NCBI GenBank assembly: GCA_051942205.1
Contig: JAVECO010000188.1
Location: 1 to 42,717 of the forward strand
Source of the DNA: Coniocarpon cinnabarinum
Lineage: Eukaryota
Reading direction: 5' to 3'
DNA: 42,717 bases
Position numbers and translations under genes: made by a program. Under the pieces are notes generated by a model, which was given only the letters and a program-made list of their open reading frames with translations, searched no databases and was not told where the DNA came from. Of the stretch, positions 34,554-42,717 are shown piece after piece. Positions within the stretch are counted from its first letter, which is position 1; every line of letters begins with the position of its first letter.

Positions 34554-35021
34554 TGCCATTGCTCGTAAGACAGTGTCAGGAACTCGTATGTGTCTCCCGT
34601 CATCTTCGACTCATTTCTGCGAAAGGTCGCGCGTGCAAGACACACTTGTTTTGTCGTAGCCCTTGGTGTTCAGCGAACACTGTCGACGCCTCCCTGTCTT
34701 ACATGCAAAGTACGTTGCAAGTTAGCTTGGTCACTTTCGATCCCTCAAAGTAACAAATGATCTCTTTTTGATTTGGTAATGGTGATACGACCTCATGTGT
34801 ATCAATGTATACTCTTCGAAACAATGTCAAACCACTTTTGGTATCACAGAAGCTCACGACGCTCACCCTCACGGTCACACACTCTCGAGTCGCAAAGTCG
34901 ATAGACATATCGCACTCATAGATAGACTAAGACGCTTCTGTCGAACTGGAGCTTCTCTATTTTCCTTCCCTTCTTTCTTCTCTTTCTCTTGCTCCTTTAT
35001 CTTCTTCACTGCTATGACCCT

Positions 35022-35290
35022 GACCACGGCTACGGCTACGACCACGACTACGACTACAACCACGACTATAACTACGACTATAACTACGACTATAACTATA
35101 ACTATAGCTATAATTATAACTATAACTACAACTACGACTATAACAACTATAACAACTACGACTATAACAACTACGACTATAATAACTATAACAACTACGA
35201 CTACTATAGCTACTACTACGAAGGCTACAACTACAATAAATACGACTATTATAACTATAACTAAGACAACTACGACTACGAAGACCACAA
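35022..35290. repeat. Degenerate hexamer/trinucleotide tandem repeat (GACCAC/GACTAC/AACTAT), AT-rich core
   Basis: Units GGCTAC, GACCAC, GACTAC, AACCAC, GACTAT, AACTAC, AACTAT, AGCTAT and AATTAT are directly visible. TpA is strongly enriched and TpG is absent from the tract. Confidence 0.92.
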
Positions 35291-36984
35291 CATATTAAAT
35301 AGCAAAACGAGGTTTGCATCGATTGCTTCCGACTAAAGACCACGACTATCCATAATCCAAACCCTTACAAACGCTCGATCGCGCTTTCAGTTATTCGTCC
35401 ATCTCCACAAGTATTCGTCTTCTATCCATATGCGTTCGGGTCTTATCCTCAGTCCCTAAGCAAGATGCATTCATCCTTGTTGAAGATGTATTCATCGTGC
35501 GTTGAAGATGAGTCCAGCTCCCGTATACGTTCATCCACCACACCCAGATGCATTCGTCTCAGCTGATACATCCTCAAGCTTCATCAAGCCTGCTCAGCGA
35601 TCTCGCATCCTTCAGTGACACGCTGCTCTCAGCGGACATCTGCATCTTTTCTCATGTTCCATCTTGAGTCGCGTCACGGCACCTTGACGGAAACTCATGG
35701 CGGAGACGCATTTTTACGTCTTTCTAGTATTGGGAGTATTGCTGTGAAGGAATACTCGTGCGCTGCGTCTTGATCAGAATGGGTGAGATTGACTTGGCTG
35801 CATGCTCTTCCACACGGTCCTCCATGCTCTTCCATACGATTCTTCACACTTCTGATAGTCAGTTGAGCAAGACAACTCAGTCAGCAGGAGCCAGCCAGCC
35901 AGCCAGCAACTCTGACGATTTGAAATGAAAAAAAAAATATGGGCCAAGGGCATGCAATATCCCGAAACGGAGCCCCCTCATCCAGAACGTCGGAGGTGTT
36001 CAAGTGCCCTGACGATCGTTCATACGATATTCCCTATTGTTAGCACGACGGTCTTGCGTCTTCGGCTTCCCATGTATATTCAAACATTATCATGTATTAT
36101 CATAGATATCATCATCTCGCAAAAGGATCTCCCTCCAGCAATGGCACCCGCCTTGCCATCTGACTGACTGACAGTCTCATGTCGCATCCTCATCTCGGAG
36201 AATCGAGCACCTCCGACAATGTCAGCCGTAGCAACGTCCATCGAGCTCATCTCGCGGAATCCACGAGAATAGTCAACTCTACAACGACCTTTGATAAGCG
36301 AACAACGGTGGAAATTTAAAGCTGTCCGCAATTGACGTTCCCGCTCCGTCACTCGCTGCGCTTTATTGCGCTAGATTATGTATGTATCCTTGATGAGCCG
36401 CACGAGCCGTTGGGGTTTCACGGGATGTGAAACTATTACTGTCGTTAGCGCGTGCCATACCGGCTCGTGCTTTGACGACTCGTACGTCGTAGATTGGCCG
36501 TGGGTGTGGCTGTGGGGCGAAAATAATAAAACCGAATCCATGGTAACTCATGAGCGTAGTCCCATTCGGGTCGATTCCACGAGGGCTAGCCTCAGGATCC
36601 AAATCGGCACATGAGTAGTATGTATGCAAGAGCTCAGAAAGGAGACAGCGAGTTATGCACGCGTACTGGATCATAATGCCATCAGCGTCCAGCGGAAGTG
36701 CCCATCGTGACACGAAAGACGTCAGGGACATGAGAGCTGCCGTGACGACCGTGATAGACGACCGTGAAAGTATCTCCAGTGTGCCAAGCACATCATTAGG
36801 TAGCTAGTAGGTAGGTAGGTCCTGTATCCAAGCGTGTCTATACAAATTGATTCAAACTTTCTCTGTTGAACCCCTAACCCCAGCCCAAAGTCCAACCCAA
36901 CCCCACGATGCCAATTCCAAGTCCAATGTAAACACCCACCCACCCAGACACATATCCCCGCGATGTAAGGAAGCCCAAATAGTT

Positions 36985-38929
36985 CTACCCGTCCAACGTA
37001 ATCAACACCGCGGAGCTATCCGCGACACCAACCGTCACCACACCACCTTGCACGGGCACGGTGGAAGCCCCATTCGGATCTACGCCTGTGACTTCCTGAC
37101 CGCCACTTGCGGCGGTCCATTGACTCCCTCCGAATGTGATACTATTGGCTAATGCCCCGGCGCCGTCAGGTGAGCTCAGGACCTTGAGAGAAGCCTGGGT
37201 GCAGCTGCCGAGTCCACTGAGGGTGACTTGTTTCGTATCGCGGTTGGTGCCCGCACTGCTCTCGTATTCGTTTAAGTTCACAATAGCGATGCGTGCCAGG
37301 GCGTTGTTGTCGTATGCAGCGTAGGCCACGACATTGGGCGGAGCGTTGTCCAGCGCAAGTTCCGCGACGCGCGTCTGGCCTGATGTACCGATGAATTCGG
37401 CGCCGAAGAGGACGCCGTAGAAGGTGCTGAAGGTTTGTTGTGGGACACCGGCAGAGTCGATGGGGAGCCAGAGGTCGAAGCCAGAGTGCATGATTTGCTG
37501 CCAGTACACGCGACCGACGCCAATGGACATGCCGTAAAGTGCGAAATCAACGGACCAGAGGGCGGCGGCCAGAGAAGCTTGGTAGCTGTAGTCGTGAGTG
37601 CGGTTGAGGGAGTTGCCGACTTCGCCGAGGATGAAGGGAATGGGAGCGCCGTTGACATTAGTTGAGGACTGGAGAAACGAGATGAAGGGTTTGAAGTAGT
37701 CGAGATGGTTAGTAATGGCGCCATGGTTTAGGAGACCTTCAGAATAGGGAGCGGTGCCGCTGGTTTGGTAGTAATGGTGGGAAACGGCTTTGATGGAGTT
37801 GTTGGCGTTGATGCCCGCGTTGAAGACGGCCGGGACAGCTTGGACCGTGGCCTCAGAGGAGTCGAAGTGGACGGCAGTGTCGAAGGCTTGGAAGAGGGAA
37901 TCATTCGCGGGAAGATTGAGTGCTGAGGCAACGGCAGAGGAGAAGGCCCCATATTTGAAGACGTAGGTAGGATCGTCGAGGGCGCCCTGATATTCTGGGG
38001 GTAGGAGAGGTTGACCGGCGTCGTCCGTATTGGGATAGAGGTCCGGCTCGTTGCCGATTTCAAGGGCTTCAATACGATCCAAACCCAGGGCGTTCACGCC
38101 GGCGGTGGTCCAGCTGACGGCATTCTCGATGGAATCAATGCCGAGCGGAACTTGGAAAACAATCCTTGCATCGTTGAAGTTGTTGAGGAGAGGCCAGAAG
38201 GAAGGGCCAATGGTCGTACCGCCAACGTTTTGATAGTTGTCGGCGGCCGCGACTGGCAATGCTGGCTCGGTTTGGGTATCAATCAGGCGAGCAAAATCGC
38301 TGACAGAGGCTGTTAGTCAGATTAATTGGGTAGACACATGGGTCAAGGAGGTTAGGGTGGGATATACACCAGCCATGGCTCGACTTGTCCTTGAACATAA
38401 CTTACCTAGAGGTGCCGCCGAATCGAACGATGGGTGCGCCGCCCGTCTTGGAAGTGATGGCATTGATGAGATTTTGTGAAAAGGTATTAGGATTACCATT
38501 AGCGTCTTGAGCAAGGTCGATCAATTAGCTTGGTGACACATGAGAATCAATGTCGATGACGCGTGACCGTGTATGATTGTGCATAGGGTCGATCTGTGAG
38601 AGACGAGCTTGAAACGAGACACAAGGGCATATCCAGAATACATCTGTTATCCTGGCTAACGCATTGACCCCATGGTGGCAGTATGGGTAATGTGGACACG
38701 TAACGATGGTGGGCCCAGGCAGGAGGACAAGCAACATACCTAGAGCATACTCGACTACAGAGGCGACCTCAATGGCGAAGCCTTGGAAGGAAGGATCAAT
38801 GTTTGGTGACGCGCTGGATGGAGCCGACGGGGGCACTGCTACAGAAGGTGATGAAGCTGCTTGTCTCGCCAGAACCGCAGCAGCCGCGGCGGGCGAAACC
38901 AGAGACGCGAGCTGTAAGAGTCTCGTCAT
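36985..38929 (-). CDS. Secreted glycoside hydrolase family 79 (beta-glucuronidase-like), ~534 aa, 3 exons
   Basis: Exons 38929-38740, 38505-38406, 38299-36985; introns 234 and 106 nt (GTATGT..GCTAAT..AAG and GTAAGT..CTAAC..CAG). Signal peptide MTRLLQLASLVSPAAAA, then SFQGFAIE, NTFSQNLI, VRFGGTSSD, acid/base EIGNEPDLY, SHHYY, nucleophile FILGEVGNS, AALWSVDFALY and a beta-rich C-terminal domain. Confidence 0.92.
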
Positions 38930-39334
38930 GATGGCGTCCGGAATCAAAGTGAAGATATAGAAATGAGTGTAGACGACGTCGCTCGAACAGTGCAGTCGGA
39001 CTGGCTCATATACCAGAAGGAAGATGCAAACGGCTAGTAATAATGATAATAATAAAAGAGGGGCGCGAGGACGACGGCGTAAAGGTGGTGACGAGCTATG
39101 ACATGGCGGGTGTGCCAATGGTAGAACGAGAGATTGCTTCGAAGGAGGGAATATCACGCCATTTGCAGTTTTTGCGAACGTGATGGCGGTGGAAGCGAGA
39201 GACTTGTCAAGGTGGCCGTTGATCTCGCGACCAGGGCTGGGTACCGGAGCCGAGCTTGGTTGTAGCTTCTCAACGCGAGCCGGCCGTTCCTGGCAATCGA
39301 AATGAGCGCCGGTGGTGCTGACGAGCCGGGGGGT

Positions 39335-39367
39335 TGCGTGCGGTGCGTGCGGTGCGTGCGGTGCGTG
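39335..39367. repeat. Short 9-nt tandem repeat (TGCGTGCGG) x ~3.5
   Basis: tgcgtgcgg-tgcgtgcgg-tgcgtgcgg-tgcgtg, about 400 nt upstream of the GH79 ATG. Confidence 0.85.
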
Positions 39368-40964
39368 AGGCTCGACCGTGGGACGGGTGTTTGGAGGACG
39401 GTCGGCCGTTGGACGCCGCCAGGAGGATGGAGGGAAGGAGGCGGGTGGATTGACATTGTGGTGATGATCGGAGGATGCGCTGCGGCGGCGGGGCGCTATT
39501 GCATCAACGACTGCTGCACGGAAGCGGGACATGAGAGTAGTGGAACGGGCGTCTGCAGGAGGGAGAGCCGTGGCGCGCGAGATGCCAATCGACGACGGCT
39601 TCGACCATCCACGAGACATTTTGCGTGCTCTGAGATGCAGCGTTGCAGCAGCCATCATGCGGACAGGACAGGACAGGGTGAGTCGTGACAGGCCAGCTGG
39701 CGCGCGCTAGGCCGAGTTGGGCCTCCTTAGCGCACCTTTTGCTCTCTTAGTCTCTTGGTAGTCGCCAAGTCTGTTCTAAATGCACTCGCCTTCTCCCCCG
39801 CCAATCGCACAATGACCCTCGACCAGTGCCGCGCTGTCAGCACTGCCCGTGGTTGAAACACCAGCACCAGGATAACAGCCCGTGTGCAATCCTGAGGGTG
39901 TGTCCTCAAGGACCCAGATCCTCCCCGGCCCGTCTGCCGCAGCGAGTGCAGGTGCAGCGACAAGATCTCCCTTGACGCCCCAGACGCGCGACCCACCAAG
40001 GGCGCAATGCCCCAGACGGCGCTAGCTCGATGCGGGCGCGTCTAGGTAGTATTGGACACGAGATCACCGCATGCTCAGATCTGCCTGCCTGACCGCTCTG
40101 TTGCGATGAACCTGCCAGCATTCTATCCTTGCATCGACGTCTTCTTTCTTTCTTTGGAAGGGGTCTCGACCCGCAAGCGGCACCTGTCGACTCCCTGCCC
40201 AGCTCGTAACAGGCCCGGTGGCTTGTCTTCGTGATGCTGTGGTGTGGTATGGAGTGCGCAAGGCGACGCTGGGCCTGGAAACTCGAGTGAACCCACATGA
40301 GGCATTTGGACATTCAGTGTGTGTGCGGATTTAGGTGCGCGCGTGCTTGTCATCAGATTGGGAACATTTTAGTTGTCTTCCTTGTGTTGAGGACGTGGCT
40401 CGCTGTGTTTGGACTGCTCGGATGATCTACTGGGGAAAAGTGGGAAGGCAACGCAATGAATGTTGTCAAGAAATTGGGACCCTGCATCGAAGCGCCATGG
40501 AAGGTTCGCTTTACACAGCAGTTGCACATGTTTGCCAGCTTGGCGACAGCGCCTGTCGGCATCAGTATATGTAGATTCCTATTGACCTTTGCGCTTCGCC
40601 TTTGCGGCTGTCTTTTTCGTTGTTGTTGTTTTTGCGCCTTATGATTTCGTATCACCTGAAGCGTAGAGCCACCGCTCCATCTACCTCGATACGTGACGAT
40701 CTGCTGGTGCAGGTCTTGCACTCGTAGATTCGATCTGGAAAGGGCAAATTGTTGTCCGTCGCAAAACGACAATTGGTAAACATGCTGCCATGACAGGTGT
40801 TTCTGCTCTAGCGGAAGTGGGCTCCATTGTCAAGAGACAAGCACGCTGAAGTTGGATAGCCTCTTCTCAGCCTTCTGTCCAGCTCATACGAGTGTCTCAG
40901 CCCTCTAAGAGTTTTCCGTCAAGCAGGTTAGTCTTGGCGCCAACTTGCTTGCGAGAGAGTAATG

Positions 40965-41035
40965 ACGCGTGTTCGTGTCATACTCACATGTCACATCATG
41001 AAAGGTCATCGACGCGTTTTCGATCAGACACGCGT
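40965..41035. promoter_or_regulatory. Cluster of three ACGCGT (MCB/MluI box) motifs
   Basis: ACGCGT at 40965-40970, 41012-41017 and 41030-41035. No target gene identified. Confidence 0.35.
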
Positions 41036-42717
41036 CGGCAGGGCAATTGACGAGGAGCGCGCGAGTTCGATTCCCGTATGCGTCGTCGCTGTAAGGCTAC
41101 ATACATTATTGCAGCCCCCAGATACCCTTCATTAGGCTGTCATACTGACCTTCACGTTGTTTGATAGAATGATAAAAAAAAAGGAAGGACATTACTGAAG
41201 GGCAAAAAAGGCTTCACCCGTGCCCCCAAGGATCCCCTCGCATGACACCATTTTATGGCTGTAGTCCCCCGAGAGGGCCAGCGGCGTAGCGAGGAGTGTT
41301 TTGTCATCGCCTGCTTGACTCCAGTGCGATCTTAGGAGACCTACCGTATGGCTCTCAGTGGACTCGGGCCCTTAATGGGTATGTCTTGGTGTGGAGGGTT
41401 CTGGTGTATGTAGCAATGGTTTGAGGCCGAGGCCTTAACCACTACGCCACGAGACGCTCCATCCCGTGACATACCCGGGCTAACACGATGCGCGTTTGGT
41501 GAACTCGTCCAACTTAACAACCCTTCTAGACAAACATAATATAACCACATGTACAAATTCCTTCCCAACACACTGCATATGCGCGTCAACCAAATAGATG
41601 CATGCTGGTTGCCAGGGAGATTTTTGACTCTTCTCGTTGTCCTTGTCACGCCTGAAGGGGGAAGAAGTGCAAAAGAGAACAGCAACCAAACCTGAAGCTC
41701 CATCAACAATGCAGTTGAGTACGAGCTTGGAGCGGTGACACTTCTTATGACCAGCACAGGACTGGTATGCGACAAACGCATTGCGCAAGTGCGCCAGCTG
41801 CATCCATGCCGGCGCATGTTAGGGGGGTTTGATCTCGATTTGGAGTCTGCCACGTTGGCAGTTCTCGTGAGCAATGGACAACATTTCCACCAATGCGCTG
41901 TGAGCTTTCAAACTGTCAATACATGAGCTGAAGCTTGTCACCCAAGCTCGCATACAGTCACAGTGCCCATGAGAGCGCTGAAGACGGTCGGCAAGCGGAT
42001 CGGGACGCTCAAGGTCTGACGAGGTTGCTGACGAGGTCCTTGTGGACCATGACTTGGTCCCGTGCTCCATGTGAGTAAAGCAGTCAAAGCCACTCGGAGC
42101 GACGCGCGTTCAGAGCCGTGTCAAGGCTTCGCTGCTTTTCAACCATGGTATCGTGAGCATAGTGCACAACAGCAAGGTCTCGATTTCTGGGGAGGTGATA
42201 ACAGCCGAAAGGCACGTAGACGGCCCTGATTCAGCGCAGGGCATCAACAAGCTTCAGTCATTGCTCTCAGAAGCCGTGTGCGAGCATGGCGGTCGAGGGG
42301 TACGTCAACGGATCTGAAAAAGGTCTCTGAGAAGAAAGAAGGCAACGGAGCAGAGCACGGCGTTCTAGGCGACGAGACGCAGAATCGACAGCAGCCAACG
42401 CCAACCAGAAGCCCGTGTTGCAACGAGGTCGATTCGCGGTCTCCGGAGAGAATTTCAAGGAGAACTAAATGATGGAAAAAGATGGGGACAGAGAAGGAGG
42501 GATGATGAAGAGCTGAGGTTAAGGAAGGACAGCGGTGGGGCCATTCAAAGAGCAGAATCAGGGATGGTGGCTTTCTGCATTGTGCAGTGGAGGGACCCGC
42601 TCCGAGCCTCCGCTGGGGGCGACGCGAGTGATGGGAAACCTACCTACGGAGTACCCAAGGTAAGGTAAGGTATGGGAAGGGCTGGGATTGGGACCAATGG
42701 AAGAAAGCGGTGAGCAC

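Noticed and set aside
34795..35343. Poly-Thr, poly-Val, (YN)n and (SY)n ORFs in the ORF track
   Set aside because: All are translations of the same hexamer tract in different frames. The open frames follow from repeat composition and are not evidence of genes.
36871..36881. CCCCTAACCCC telomere-like motif (also GTTAGGG at 38351)
   Set aside because: Single isolated units, expected by chance. There is no array.
41011..41085. Canonical tRNA gene call
   Set aside because: No anticodon stem, no A-box/D-loop GG in the right place and no oligo-T terminator. Kept only as a tRNA-like finding.
39700..42717. Short ORFs (60-177 aa) in the terminal region
   Set aside because: No family motifs, and I could not build a consistent exon chain. 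Treated as intergenic, although an unrecognised gene cannot be excluded.
1..42717. Secondary-metabolite cluster, CRISPR array, intact transposon, or TGA-CTA readthrough/cryptic PTS1
   Set aside because: The genes are functionally unrelated housekeeping loci with no PKS/NRPS. I saw no spaced repeats and no transposase/RT motifs, and none of the stop codons checked has the TGA-CTA context.

Overview
Gene-dense eukaryotic DNA from a filamentous ascomycete (Pezizomycotina-type genes; mostly 46-67 nt GT-AG introns with RCTRAY branch sites). I reconstructed spliced models by hand. In order: the 3' end of an SGT2-like co-chaperone, APS kinase (MET14), a 451-aa orphan ORF, a 1732-aa secreted and probably GPI-anchored repeat protein, a mitochondrial hotdog thioesterase, CWF19, the GPN GTPase NPA3, CK2 beta (CKB2), Mediator MED16, a small hydrophilin-like gene, the sirtuin HST4, MAK21/NOC1, mitochondrial ProRS, a 137-aa orphan, a hexamer tract showing RIP-like transitions, and a secreted GH79 glycosidase. 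About 3.8 kb at the end has no recognisable gene. The most interesting signals are: (i) a hidden in-frame mini-exon (MDESWTAD) and a candidate poison exon inside the 506-nt CKB2 intron; (ii) a 397-nt MED16 intron with an immediate stop codon and an AATAAA; (iii) the modular surface protein with 8 Gly-His repeats; (iv) the transition-dominated hexamer tract; (v) a tRNA-like/B-box element overlapping a triple MCB cluster. I saw no CRISPR array, rRNA, canonical tRNA or intact transposon. Family calls come from remembered motifs, not database searches.
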